A stretch of DNA of 64,000 nt from Botryllus schlosseri (taxonomy: Eukaryota). Positions 10,516-23,047 of this stretch are shown in pieces. The notes under the pieces are model-generated. The model was not told the origin of the DNA and did no database searches. It was given only the letters and a program-made list of their open reading frames with translations. The position numbers were made by a program, and so were the translations under genes. Location: NCBI GenBank assembly GCA_051294905.1, contig CM119372.1, positions 27,220,001-27,284,000 on the forward strand, given 5' to 3'. Numbering within the stretch: the stretch's first letter is position 1; each line of letters begins with the position of its first letter.

Positions 10516-12083
10516 CAGTGGTTCCCAACCGGGGAGGAATTCCCCCCTTGGGGGGAATTTTGCAATTTTTAGGGAGGAATTCCATATTGAAACTGTAACG
10601 GATTTCCCAAATTGTTCATGTCCGAACAGTCATGTAGTCAACCAGTTATATCCGAACTTATGCTCCTTATGGCTGTTTTTTTGCTGAAAGTATGTTCAAA
10701 TGCTATTTAAAATCTCTTTTTCACGTAAAAATCCCCCCTTGTTTTTTTTAACTAGTTCAGATGTGCTGCAGTTCGCAAGCCGATTTTGTAGGCCAGCGAC
10801 GGCCTCTCAATCAAATATATCATAAGCGAGCAAATGTCGTGTCGAATCTATCACAATAAGGCCTCTAGTGAAAGTATTTATCTTATATATTTTCAAGTCA
10901 ACATTTTTAGACAGTGACAAAATATTCCAGCGTCATCGATTCAAGTCAAAGAGATCAGTAGGCTTCCTTCATTTTTGGTGAACAGCTACCCGATCAAACA
11001 TAACACATGTTAAACTTGGTGCAATGTTGCTGAAACGGAATGGGTGCCCTAAATTTTAATCCGGCAGGAAATCTGATCGCGTGTATGTTATATATCAGGG
11101 CTGCGACCAAAGTCACGAGGCTCCGAGTCACAAGTCAATCTGACTTTCATAGTTGACTCGAGTCAAGTCGAGTCATTTTCAATTCATCATTGAGTCAAGT
11201 CCGAGTCCAAGTCACCGAGCAGAGGTTCGAGTCGGAGTCATGGTATTATGACTCGAGTCCGAGTCCAAGTCATTGTGTTGACTGTTCAGTTTCCAGTTGA
11301 AGTCTTTGTAAACCCACTTTTTATAACTCTGTTTGGTGATATTGAATGATTTGGATTTATGTCACACTAATTTTCCTCACTTTGAGCAGTTTCTTGTCGC
11401 ATTTTCAAGTACCGGGACCAATAGACGAAATTCCAATAGGGTGGTCACTTTACTGTTCTTCGAAATTACACTGAAATGTCGGTCTTGGCCGTCTTATAGT
11501 CTCGAGTCATATGGCTTGGTTCGAGTTATGCACAATGACTCGAGTCCAAGTCGAGTCAATACACAAATTATCTCGAGTCGAGTCGAGTCGTTTCCATATT
11601 TTGAGAAAATGGCTCGAGTCAAGTCGAGTCATCAGAAAATGGTGACTCGAGCCGGACTCGAGTCTGATCAATTCTGCTATATATGAAAGTACCAATATCA
11701 TTGGCCAAATGCATACGCAAGCTTGAGTAAGAAATGACGAGACCAGTAAATTTATGCATACTGATTTTTCACAGCAGTTATATTAGCGTTTGGTGCATGG
11801 TAAGCCGAAACACACAAATGGAAGTGTAGGGGTCTGTTCTGTCAAGCCTTCCAGAATTTGTTTGATTGGGACCAAGACCATTGTTTTTGGAGGTCTACAA
11901 AGTGTTGTTACAGCACTGCTAGGAACAAACAGTCGGTACCGGCCGTCTTATTCTTCAGTCAACAGGTGTTTGCGCGGTAAAAATGACGTTTTTTTATCAT
12001 CGGGCAGATTTTTCCCAAGGGGGGAATTTTGGCTGAAATTTCGGCCAAGGGAGGCACGAGATGAAAAAGGTTGGGAACCACTG
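10516..12083. mobile_element. Non-autonomous hAT (Buster/Charlie-type) element in a GPCR intron
   Basis: TIRs CAGTGGTTCCCAACC...GGTTGGGAACCACTG; perfect 8-bp TSD TGGTAAGG. Confidence 0.9.
11096..11676. mobile_element. GACTCGAGTC-rich hAT-type MITE nested in the 10516-12083 element, with a deletion near its right end
   Basis: Starts CAGGGCTGCGACC and is collinear with the copies at 42656 and 59618. Flanks TTATATAT/CTATATAT match at 7 of 8 positions. Confidence 0.8.
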
Positions 12084-12730
12084 TGGTAAGGGATCCTAAA
12101 ATCATACTGCAATATCCCTGTATTAATTGGTTGTGGTTGATGAGACTCGCAGAATATAGATTTGGACGGCAGTGACGGCAATGATGACTAAAAGTAACGT
12201 TACAGCGGGTCTTCCGGGAGGCAATTTGCGATAATGACCTTTTTTCAGTCAACACAACAGTATTCCAGTAATAATTTTAAAATTGCCGGCTTTCTCGTCC
12301 AAATTGATAAGTTATGTGTTTCGTAAAAAGTGTCCTCCTTTGCAGATCTCAAAATATGGTAACCGTATAGAACGAATCACTACGCTAGTTGCCATTCAGG
12401 CTATTCGAAGTGCTATAGGGTGCCACGAAGTATTTGTCCCTTTAAGAAGGTGCCGCGAGGTCGAAAAGGTTGAGAACCACTGGGGTAGTGTGTGTGGTCA
12501 CTGGTCACCCCATTTTGACAATAATTAGAGCTAATCAGCAACTTTCAAGTTCATATTCGTTATCTGCCACCCTGAATTAGCCATGATTAACCACATTCGT
12601 GTCAGATGCAAATTGGCTGTTGAACAGTGTTATCATTCAAGCTTGGTTATGGTTTACCGGATTTGTTCACAGATATAGATAATAGTGCATCGTCATATCA
12701 GCGTAACAGAACTAGAAATCACGTTTGTAG

Positions 12731-12841
12731 ATTCAACAATATTGCCATTTTCAAGACAAAGGTGAATCAAACGCAAAAGGAGTACTTGATAAACTGGCTC
12801 GGTCTGATGAACGATAGCGACATACAGGAACTGCACTTCAG
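12731..12841 (+). CDS. GPCR exon encoding the first part of a long extracellular loop 2
   Basis: Acceptor TTTGTAG (12730), donor GT at 12842. Encodes FNNIAIFKTKVNQTQKEYLINWLGLMNDSDIQELHF and joins both neighbours in frame. Confidence 0.65.
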
Positions 12842-12907
12842 GTAAAAAATCCGCAATATTCCACAAAATATGAATGGAAATCAAACTGCCAAAACCAACC
12901 TTCGCAG

Positions 12908-13123
12908 CGGCACAGGATGGGGCAAATTGAGAAGACTTGTTGCTCAAATTAATCCGAACATAAGGGCCGTCCACGAATTCGGATACTACTCGAGTCATAC
13001 CGTTTGCCTACCAGCGCTATTCCCGGACCGACAATACAGATCGTGGTCGTACTCCCTTCTTCTGTTGCTGATTAATTTCGGGGCATTTATTTGTATGCTC
13101 GTGTGCTACATCATATTGTACAG
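12908..13123 (+). CDS. GPCR exon encoding the rest of ECL2 and TM5
   Basis: Acceptor TTCGCAG (12907), donor GTATGA (13124). Encodes GTGWGKL...FGYYSSHTVCLPALF...WSYSLLLLLINFGAFICMLVCYIILY; the VCLP and NF..F...CY motifs are typical of LGR/RXFP/GRL101 receptors. Confidence 0.9.
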
Positions 13124-13757
13124 GTATGATTTAAAATATTAGGTGACATGTTGCATTAACGTGATGTCATCATTTGTCCAAAATCGGGGCGTTACAATTG
13201 GGGTCGAGATATATACCGTGCAGTTTCGACTATAGAGCAGGGTTTGTTAATCCTGAGTCCAAGAAACCATTGGGGTTTTCGGGCTAGTTTTAAGGGGTCC
13301 ACAAAAGGCCAACGTTGAAACTACAATTGTAAAACTACATTTAGCTATTGGACATCAGTCCTTGTGTTTGACTTGCGTCCTCATTCGTCTCGTTTTTAGT
13401 GCTCACTGCGGGTTACAAGCAAAAATAATGAGCTTTGTTTAGTCACCAGGAATCTTAGACAATAAATAGACCAGTATACAATTTTAGGGCACAATGATTA
13501 GGACTGGATAGACATTGAATACCATTTTTAATCATAAGCTTTCCAAATTCAGCGGTTAGAGGGAATATAGGCCTAATATACAAAATTTACTCAAAGATCG
13601 TCCTTTGATTTGATATTACCACACCGGAAGCAATTCGATTCCTGTTGTCTCATTCATTCTGCGAATTGGTTGCAATTGGTGAATCGTTGCATGCAGCTGG
13701 CAAGTGTCCAGTTCACCTATTTCTCAGAGACAGAACTTTCCTTTTGTACATTTGCAG

Positions 13758-13912
13758 AAAGGCGTACAGCAAGAAAATCCTAGCCTCGTTGGCTACGCGC
13801 AAACACAGAGATGAACAAGGCACTGCCATGCAACGCAAGCTTACCAGGATTCTTGTATCGGATTTTATGTGCTGGATGCCAATCTGCATAATGGGATTTT
13901 TGAAATTGGCAG
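13758..13912 (+). CDS. GPCR exon encoding ICL3 and TM6
   Basis: Acceptor TTTGCAG (13757), donor GTATAC (13913). Encodes KAYSKK...AMQRKLTRILVSDFMCWMPICIMGFLKLA, with the LGR-type DFxCWxP motif. Confidence 0.92.
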
Positions 13913-14111
13913 GTATACATGTTTGGGAGAATGGGATGATATGATAATCAAGAATAAATGCTAGCAAAATCGGATGCAGGTGATATGTTGCATGTTCAAT
14001 TCGTATATCAAACGAAACGGTATAAAGCCTGGCCGTTAACATAACATTGACCCCATATATCAGTCTACGCCTACGCACACATAGTGTCATAGTAGCCTAT
14101 ATGTTTCTAAC

Positions 14112-14270
14112 AAGATAGCGTAATGGCAGGGAGTCCACCTTGGTGCTTGGTAGGTCGTGGCTTCAACCCACCACCGGGTCAAAGACAACACTTGATCGTA
14201 AAACTCACATCGGCGATGCTCTGCGAGTCGGGATTGCGCGGAGAAGGAATAGGTGGTGCTGACTCGATAA
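14112..14270 (+). mobile_element. Degenerate tRNA-derived SINE fragment in a GPCR intron
   Basis: A-box-like AGATAGCGTAATGG and B-box-like GGCTTCAACCC, followed by CCGGGTCAAAGAC; resembles the SINE at 21881. Confidence 0.5.
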
Positions 14271-14377
14271 CCCTTCTGTTCCGCCGCATCTCCAAGCACA
14301 TCGATAGTGCACATATGGAAATGAACTATCATCCTACTATACGACATTTCGTTTCATATTCTTCCATTTCATTTCAG

Positions 14378-14685
14378 GAGTAGACATCCCGACTGACGCG
14401 TATCTTCCATCGGGACTTCTGATTCTTCCAATAAACAGCGCTCTTAATCCATTCCTGTACTCAGATCTTCCTGACGTCATTTCAAATCGAGGACAAACGA
14501 TTGTGATCTGGCTTACGCAATCATTTCGTAGATTGAGTAGTGTGAGAGGTCTGCCGATGAAAGCGTATATCTATGAACAATGTACTAATTATTTTGCGTT
14601 AACAGAGTCGACAATAGCAAATTTACCTCGAGAGCAAACGGTAGAAATGGCTGTAAGCGGATCAAAAAGACACCATATTGGGTGA
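14378..14685 (+). CDS. GPCR last coding exon encoding TM7 and the C-terminal tail
   Basis: Acceptor ATTTCAG (14377). Encodes GVDIPTDAYLPSGLLILPINSALNPFLYS..., with the LGR-type LPINSALNPxLY motif. Open to TGA at 14683-14685. Confidence 0.92.
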
Positions 14686-14936
14686 TTGAACAATCTCGGG
14701 ACTATGGTGGAATTTCATCCTGCATTCGAGCCATACAGTGGAAGCACCCAGCTGCATTCAATATGTATAATAAATTTAGTTGAAGTTACATCTAAACGTC
14801 CACCCCAGCTGGACAACTGATACTCTCTTTGTAAAGTGGGTCACACCCCGTAACCCGATGTATGGTTATCTGAAATCCGATTATTCTAAAACAAAGTGTT
14901 GGTTGACCAGAAGATGTTAATTGATATATAGCTAGA

Positions 14937-15685
14937 TAGGGTTGCCATATTTTCGTGATGCAAATTCCCGACACTCTTTAGCGCCCCTAGCGGGTTTTAG
15001 GTGATGTGACGGCACACGGGCAATGCTTTGCCTATCGAGTATCGATTGTATACAGGAGTGGATTTTTTTATCGGAGGTCGTGAATTAACTATAGACCATT
15101 GGACCATCTCGAATTTGAGTTTTGGTGATTGCTAGGATAGGTATTGTCATTTGGTCTACAATAGACTTCTTCACATGTTGGATGAAGTTGTCTGGCCCAC
15201 CGGCCGTGTGTTTGAGAGCCTTGCTATGCTATCAGTCGGTGAAGATATCTGACTATGTGTTGTAGCCAGGGCCGAAACAACAGTTTCAAGCCAACTAACG
15301 CCCCCCCCCCACCAAAAAAAAAACAGTGGTCGGGGCCCACCGGCCACCATAGGGTGATCGATGAAACTTCTGGTGGGCTTACTAGATGCATCTGGTTTAT
15401 AAGTGCATCTGGAGGTCAAATTCTGTGAATGAGTTCTGTCAATAATATTGGTTCTTCCATATATCACTATAAAATTTTTATTCTCTCTCAGCCCACGCGA
15501 TCAAATGTTCGCGGTAGAACTGCTGTTGATGATGACTTTGAAAATGCAGGGAACATAATTGTACAATAGGTACATCGCTAAACCATGTTCATGTCACACG
15601 GATAATACTATTATTGGGCCGAAATGCGGGTCCGCTCCAGCAGGTTACACATCAGGTGGTTTCCAAACTTTTATGATCGCGACTT
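14937..15685. mobile_element. Old, truncated copy of the TAGGGTTGCCA-terminal hAT-type family
   Basis: Left end TAGGGTTGCCATATTTT..TGA.GCAAATTCC.GACACTCTTTAGCGCCC is shared with 29061 and, inverted, with ~36595-36643. The interior resembles 32440-32830. Confidence 0.6.
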
Positions 15686-15700
15686 TATTACCAATTCTAT

Positions 15701-16617
15701 TACTAGGGCGATATTTTTGACCTAAAAGACGGAAGATTTTCACCTGAAAAAAATCAAAATTTTGACACTTTTTGACCTTAATAAACTTAATTTTGACCTA
15801 ATTCTGACCTCATGTATGTAAAATAGGTGTTTTCCCACCTAATGTTAGAATTATACTACTTATCTTGATTTCTGGTTGGAATTGTCTGTCCTTACGAAAT
15901 AGTTTGGGCTGAAATAACTTTTTTTGACTTAAAAACTGACAAATTTTCACATGAAAAATCTTAGTTTCAACAAAATATGGACCTATGAAGAATTCCAACA
16001 GTTACATCACGCCTTATGGTAGAAATAATTAAAATTTATTGTAGTACAACAACGAAAGATACGTTCCTACATTCTTGGGTAGAAAGTGTCTGTCATTATT
16101 AAGTAGCTTGCCAATAATGGAGAAAGAGCGTTCAATAGCAGCAGTTGTTGGCTGGCAACACTGAAGTTGTGCGTACACTGCTTTGGTGACACACCGTGAT
16201 GCTTCATTCTGACAATGTTGTCTACCTACATCACAATTTTTCATCGTACGCTTCTTGATATAAGAACTAATGCCCAAGCAGTGTTGGTTCAGTTAGGATA
16301 TTGCGGTACGTTGAGTATATACCACCATGTCAACCTATTTGTTTCATTTCACCGTTTATGAATCGCAATGAGCAGACAATGGGCCGTCTACAACGGTAGG
16401 CCTATAAAATAGGCTGCAAGCTGTAAAATGTAAAATGAAAAGTTTATCCATATCCTTTATATAGGCCATGGTTCATCCACAGTGCAAACATCTACGATAC
16501 AAACGAAAAGCAGGCGGCAAAATAGTTTTGACTTATTAAAAAAAATTTGACAATATTTTGACCTAACGCTACAAAATTTTGACTTATTTTGACATGTCAA
16601 AAAAAATCGCCCTAGTG
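15701..16617 (-). mobile_element. TIR element carrying a remnant of a hAT-like transposase C-terminus (16029-16277)
   Basis: TIRs (T/C)ACTAGGGCGAT.TTTT at both ends. The minus strand reads YAQLQCCQPTTAAIERSFSIIGKLLNNDRHF, like the hATC dimerisation motif P.TS..ERSFS. The right part recurs at ~25340-25597. Confidence 0.65.
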
Positions 16618-17285
16618 ATAGCATAAAATGATTTGAGTTGTGTCGGGTCAAACGTTACGATCAGAGAATGACTTGTGACACAGAACGCAGTGAGCTGGTA
16701 CAACCACATACGCAACAAGTTACCAAACTGTTATGGGAAATAGTAGCTCATCAAAAGGTCGTAGCTCGCGTTCCGTAGCGTATTTCGCTATCTTAGCAGG
16801 TCGGTATGACAAACATTGGCATTGTGGGCATTGTGGTACCCCCTCGTTTGTTTGCTTGATTGATTGATATTCAGGGAGTTTCGACTACATTGTCATTTTA
16901 CACCAGGCCGATACTTTGTTTTTGACACGTCGAATGTCCGCTATAGCTGCAAAAATATCACGCGACAGGTTTTACGATGTCATGATGCCTTTGTACTCTC
17001 GCAAGGTGCATATAACTAATCATTTTGACAAACTATGCCAAGTACAACAGCAAATTTACTCTAATATTTAAAAGCGATATTTTTCTTGCCAGGCGTGAAT
17101 TTACAATAGTAAATCTCATTTTCCCGATGTTTGTGCAATGCCAGTCCACGAGGTCCCGTCAAATAAGGTCTATTACCCTTACTATTCGTGCTGCGGTCCG
17201 CGGCGCCATAATTGAGTTTCAGACCCCAGCCCTACCTATCACGTTCGAACTACCTGTTGGTTGGATCAAATACGATCATCTGGAC

Positions 17286-18757
17286 CAGTGGTTCTCAACC
17301 TTTTTGGCCTCGCGGACCCCTTTTGACCGTCACGGACCCTCGCGGACCCCCTCAAGTTTTAGTTCAATTTTAGCTCTATTATGGTGCAACCTTCATCTGT
17401 CTTGTGCAAATATCAACTGTTGGCTTGTGATAAACAGCAAAATCATGATTTTTCTTGAAAATGACATCATACTATTTATGTAGAAATTGGTAGACTTTTA
17501 TTATTTTAAAGCTAATTTTGCTGTTATTTTCTTGAAGTACGTGGTCGAGTCTTGAAAATCCGCGTCTTCGTTTTGATATGAACGAGGAGTGCCGAAAACC
17601 ATTTCCGCAAAGATAGATGGAGACTAATGCAGTATTAACACATAACGCTTCCGACGATACTTTTGATGTGATCGCAACATTTATGGCACCAAAATGAAGA
17701 AACATATATTTTATGAACATATCACGTCCAGCATCCAGCGCAGGGACGGGCAACATACGGACCGCGGACCGGATTCGGCCCGCGACGCATTTAGATCGGC
17801 CCGCAGAGAGTTTCTACTGTCAAAGTGAAATCTTAATCTAATAGTATAGACAAATTTGATGCGCGAAAGAATGGAACCAAGTTTTCCGACCTGAGAAAGA
17901 CTGTCATGAAACGAGTTGTTCTGTTCGGGTTTACATATATATTCACAAGCAAACATTTTCGACCATGAACATTAACTAGACAAGGCTGCATACCAATATA
18001 ACTGGTGATATAAATTTCAGGGTTGGATCGTAATGCTTTGATAGCAACGATACACTCCTTGTTCATCAAAAAATCAGCTTTGTCGATAGGGCATCCGCAA
18101 CAAGAACGCGCCAAATCTGATAGCCGAGCTTTATGAGCGCAGGTATATCATCGTCCGATTTATGACGAGTGTCAGCCGAAAATATTCGGGTTCATTTCAA
18201 TATGAATATACTATTCAATTGTATATTGAAGTTCTGTACCTCCAAGAAGCTCTTCAAATATTGGTTTTGTATATCACAGGATAAAACGGATTTCGTGGCG
18301 AGGTTTCAATCCCTGCATTGGGACAAATTAGGGATATACTACGGAAATTTTTATTTCAAACGACTGTTCACTAATTTGATGAGACTGACAACTTCAAATC
18401 GAGAAGACATTACGCAGTCACCCTGATTGACGTTACTATCTCCATATTTTTATTTTTTCAACAAACCCCAACAAAACGTCTCTAAACAGCAATATGTTTG
18501 TATCATCAGGTTATAGGAAAATTGGCAATGAAAATGAATTTCCACACTACGATAGTTCATGTCAGACGATTATTATGATGATATGAATCATGAAGTTTCA
18601 GCAGTTGTGGTGCGAAATTGCCTCATGCTTTCTCAAATTAAAAAATACAATAAAAATTACGTTATCAACCATTTAAAAAAATTAGTGGTCTCGCGGACCC
18701 CCTGAAATTGCTTCGCGGACCCCTAGGGGTCCGCGGACCCTCGGTTGAGAACCGCTG
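17286..18757. mobile_element. Non-autonomous hAT element with captured or nested fragments
   Basis: TIRs CAGTGGTTCTCAACC...GGTTGAGAACCGCTG, subterminal CGCGGACCCC repeats, perfect TSD ATCTGGAC. Confidence 0.9.
17830..18130 (-). pseudogene. Possible heavily deleted Penelope-like retroelement fragment
   Basis: The minus strand reads PIDKADFLMNKECIVAIKALRSNPEIYIT, resembling the segment before the K.DKG motif of Penelope-like RTs. It is fused directly to SYIG, which is GIY-YIG-like. Confidence 0.35.
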
Positions 18758-20575
18758 ATCTGGACTGTTGTGAAGAAGTTCAGTGATATTTCCTCGAAAC
18801 AATTCCGCGAACTCGTTGTAAATTATCATTCCTTATTGGCAAAAGTGACGGGAACCGCTGAGTATTAATGAAATGAATCGTAAAAATACATTCGATTTGT
18901 TGTTCATGTGTCTATTTTTGTATCTGTTGGTTTGCATTGTTTTTGTAACTTTTGGAACTGACAAACAGGTTTAAAACACCACCGAATTCAAATGTATCAA
19001 TTCCATTTTTGTTTCACGGCCAGCAAAATAAATGTTACTTTTTTGATGCTGAAAATATGGAAAGCCCACTTAATATTCAGTTAAATTCTTTTCACAGCAG
19101 CATCCGAAGGGAAAAATGTAGGTTCGGTTTTTAAATAAATTACACACTGTAGTACTCGCAGACCGTAAAATTCCTTACAAACGGCGGCGGTAACGGAACT
19201 GCGGTAAGCAGTTAATTCTTGGTTAGTAACCCCATCCTCACCTCAAGATTTCACATCGACGCGATTGTAACTACATTGGAGTGCCCTCTCAAGCGTATAG
19301 AACTCTTACTATCATATCGCCCGTCTCCACAGTATGCGATTGTGCAATTGAGAGAATCCATCCTATGTCGAATAGCGTTGGAATCTAAGCAGTCTATCCG
19401 AGAAAAGTCGTGGCACGTAAAAAGCGATATCCAATTCGAATCTCCACCACTGATGTAGCTGCAATAGAAATAAAGTATCAGCAAACTTGAATAATAAGCA
19501 GCACCTGATGAAATGTGACTGAACTTGCACTATTTAGCCTACACATCACCACAGGTGGTCAAAGTATAATGATCGTCAGTACTCTATTAGAAGTAGAAGA
19601 AACTCCGTCAATTTCTATACAAGTAAAAGAAGAAAAAATCACGATTTACAAGTACGTAAAGGCCTAGTAATGCCTAAATAACTGAAACTGTCAAGTAGAA
19701 GTAGAAGTAGTCATAAATCCTCTTGAGATACCTCGAAAAATAGAAGGACTTTGTCACGGAATACCTTTACACATTATAAATTTCCTGATTCTTGCCCGAC
19801 AGATTTTATCATTTTATTAAACGACTGTGCATGGCTCGATCATTATAATGCACCACAATGCTAATTATTATAAGCATTATTATTGGTTACCTATCAGCCC
19901 CTTATGTTTCATTCAAAATTTTCACGTCAATCACAGTGTATCATGTACGTTAATGGCAGTTGTTTAAAGTACTTCCACGAAATATTTTTCTACGTCGTGT
20001 GGATCAAAGCAAAGCGAACCTTTCCAATGCCATCAAGAAGAGGAAATATTGTCTTGCGATTTGTACTTGAAGAAAGTGTGCGTTGTGGCTTGCCGACCTA
20101 GGGGCTCGGTTTAGGCCAAGTCTTGTGAATCATTTTCCTGCCCGGGCGTACATGCACTGCGGCGTAAAAGACGGTGCACTTGGCACAATGAGCATATAGA
20201 AGTTTGTTCAAATGGTAATATCATAATCAAATCAATTTCTACATGGATAACACACAGATTCACCGTTGCAAACTTACCAATTTCGTTCGACTTCTGTTTT
20301 CCATTCTGCGACATTTTCACGCCATTCCACAATGTCCTCGACCCACTCGCGACGTCCGTAATCATGCACCGCTAATGCAGTCAACCCTGAAAGTTATTGC
20401 AGCTGATAAATACCGTATCATGATATTTAACATCTGTGTTCAAAATCAGACACTCTGACAGCCAAATACATTAGTAAGAAAGAGCAAAATGATATAGTTT
20501 TGCGAGAAAGTTTATCATTTTATTGTCGGGCTAATATTATTATGTATCCGCATAACGATTTTTAACAATTTATAC

Positions 20576-21503
20576 TAGGGATGGTGTGAACCTCTGAAAG
20601 GTTCAGGTTCGTGTGAACGCGAACCTTTTTGAAAGGTTCTGTGTGAACACGAACGTGAACCTCGTGACGTCACGTGACGTCATATTGCTAATTCCAACCC
20701 TATCTTCCAATGAAGTGATAGCCTCTATATTAATGTACACGATACCTAGCGAAGACTCGGTCCACATAATGCCACAATGCTAAAGTACATATCGGCGTTT
20801 TAAACGTCGCTAAGTGTATCAACAGCGGTAATCAAAGGATATAATAATTGCGTAAAATCAATACATTCCGTCGCTTTGCCAACAATTTCGACGAGGACTT
20901 ACCAAGGAATACAAGCTTACGCCTTAACGGTCTTAGCCAGACCGGACAATGTGTTCGGTGTCTGAGTATTGCTACATTGATATGGAGCAGAGTGTACAAC
21001 GGGTTTCAATACTCGCTACCGATACCACAAACAACAACAAGCTATGCAGCAGTAGCAAGCACCTTATACGCACGGATTTGGTTTTAATGATACAGTAAAG
21101 ATATGAAGTCAAGATTGACCCCGTACGCCCGTTCGATTTTTTACATCAGAAGACGATATCAATGTCATTGATTGGTTGAATAAACATCATTCGTTGACTA
21201 CGTATATCGCTCGTGATGTTGTGTGATTGCGGGTCAAGCTCACAGCAGATAGTCACTAAATATTCACAAACGGAAAGCTCGTTAAGCGTTGATTTTTTAT
21301 GCTGCCAGCACCATGCATGGAGTGGCCCGCAGTTGAAATGCAATAAATTTGAGCCAAAGATCTTATAATGGAGTGAAAATTACAATTTACCAAAAGGTTC
21401 ACAGTGCAGAACCTACCAAGGCTGTGTTGTGAACACGAACCTCTAAATTTCCGAGGTTCACACACAGAACGCGAACGTGAACCTCACGTTCACACCATCC
21501 CTA
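20576..21503. mobile_element. hAT-type MITE with GTGAAC/GTTCAC subterminal repeats
   Basis: TIRs TAGGGATGGTGTGAAC...GTTCACACCATCCCTA; perfect TSD ATTTATAC. Further copies start at 34232 (partial) and 63336. Confidence 0.92.
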
Positions 21504-21880
21504 ATTTATACTACTGCGGAAGTTGTCAAACTGAAGCTATTATGTTTTCTGACATTGTGATATTACGTTTCCATGTTCTTGTAAATGATTTACATTGCAC
21601 AAATAAAGCAACCTTTTTGCTTGATGTAGTGGCTAACCTCAACCAACCTCACTATATCAGCAATCACGTGCGCTTTCAACAATGTGAGCCACTGACAATG
21701 TATGTTCACGCTGTTGTGCTACATTAGTATCTGTTTTTGGTTGACAACGCATGAAACACGAATCGTAATCTGACCAGCCGACATGGATATGCTTCATTAC
21801 AGTTGATAACTAAATGTTTGGTTAACGTTCAGATTTGGGAGATCTTTTGAGTATACTAGAATCATTGTTGATGTTCTTTA

Positions 21881-22150
21881 CCGAGCGAGATAGTGTAATG
21901 TTTATGCGTCCGACTTCTCGAGCGGTACGTCGTGGGTTCGATCCCCGGCCGGGTCATACCAAAGACTCGAAAATTGCTATCCGCAGCTATCCTGCTAGGC
22001 GCTCAGCAATCACGGATAGCATGGAGGAGAAAAAAAAACGGGGGTGCAGACTAGATGACCTCATGGGGCCGTATCGCAACTCCGTCGTCAAAGCATCTCG
22101 ATGGTGCAGGCGAACAAGAATACCATAACTCTCTCTCTCTCTCTCTCTCT
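21881..22150 (+). mobile_element. tRNA-derived SINE with a Meta/RUDI-like central domain and a (CT)n tail
   Basis: A box TAGTGTAATGT, B box GGTTCGATCCC, then CCGGGTCATACCAAAGACT..AAATTG.TA..CGCAGCT.TCCTGCTAGGCGCTCAGCA; ends in a CT microsatellite. Confidence 0.75.
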
Positions 22151-23047
22151 ATTCAATGAGCTTCTCACAGAACCGAAGATATGAGGATTGGAAAAGCCGC
22201 TTTTTCACATCTTTAAGTGGGTAGGGAGCGATTTATTATTCCGCCCGCGAATTTCTATCCCGGCAATGACGATTCACACTTATATTTACGGTATTTTTTT
22301 TTCGGAAATCTAATTATTACTTTCAAAGCCATCCACGAAAAGTTAGGTTTATGCTTTTCAATCCATAAGTCAGTGCTAAACGGTAAATAGCTAATATAAA
22401 TATTTGTTAGGTTTATAAAATACGTTACCTGAAAATGCCCAAAATTTTTTGTTTTTCGGTATGTCATTGAACGTTTTGGTCAGGAGGGCGTCCAAAGGAC
22501 ACCGTAACCGGGTTTGACCGAGCTGTCCTACAAATTATAGAAAAATAGTGTGTGAGTACTCAAGAGTAAAATTTAATTATTAGATACTGCGTTTCCACCG
22601 TATATTTATAGCCATTCCTTAGGGAACATTTGTCAGATGGGTTACTCACCGTTTAAAACATGGGTTCTTAAAGTATGGGTCGTGGAGGGTATAAATTTGG
22701 ATCACCCGTGCCAGAGTATTTTCTGAATTTCCTCTAATAAAAAATTTCTTCGCACCTCTAGCGATACGGGTAACCTTACACTAATTAGTTTGATGTCACG
22801 AAAGTATGTGTCTTACATTGGTTTCGCTGAAAAGCTCTAGCTTTCGCAGGTAACACTCGGGCGGGCTAGAAGGATAGAAAGGGAGGGATCGTTGTTGCCG
22901 CACCCAAGATTTTTCAATGCGCATATCTGTCTTCGCAACTGTCAGAGAAGGGTATATTTTTAGTAGTGTTAAATGCCGTCAGTGACCGTTGGAATGCTTT
23001 GGTCTAGGGATGTTTTCCAAACTGTGTGCGCGACTGTTAGTCACAAG

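Noticed and set aside
12843..12845. In-frame TAA suggesting a GPCR pseudogene
   Set aside because: It is removed by a plausible 66-nt GT-AG intron that preserves the frame.
21881..21950. tRNA gene (also 55240-55306)
   Set aside because: A and B boxes are present, but I could not form a convincing cloverleaf and the sequence continues into a SINE body and simple-repeat tail.
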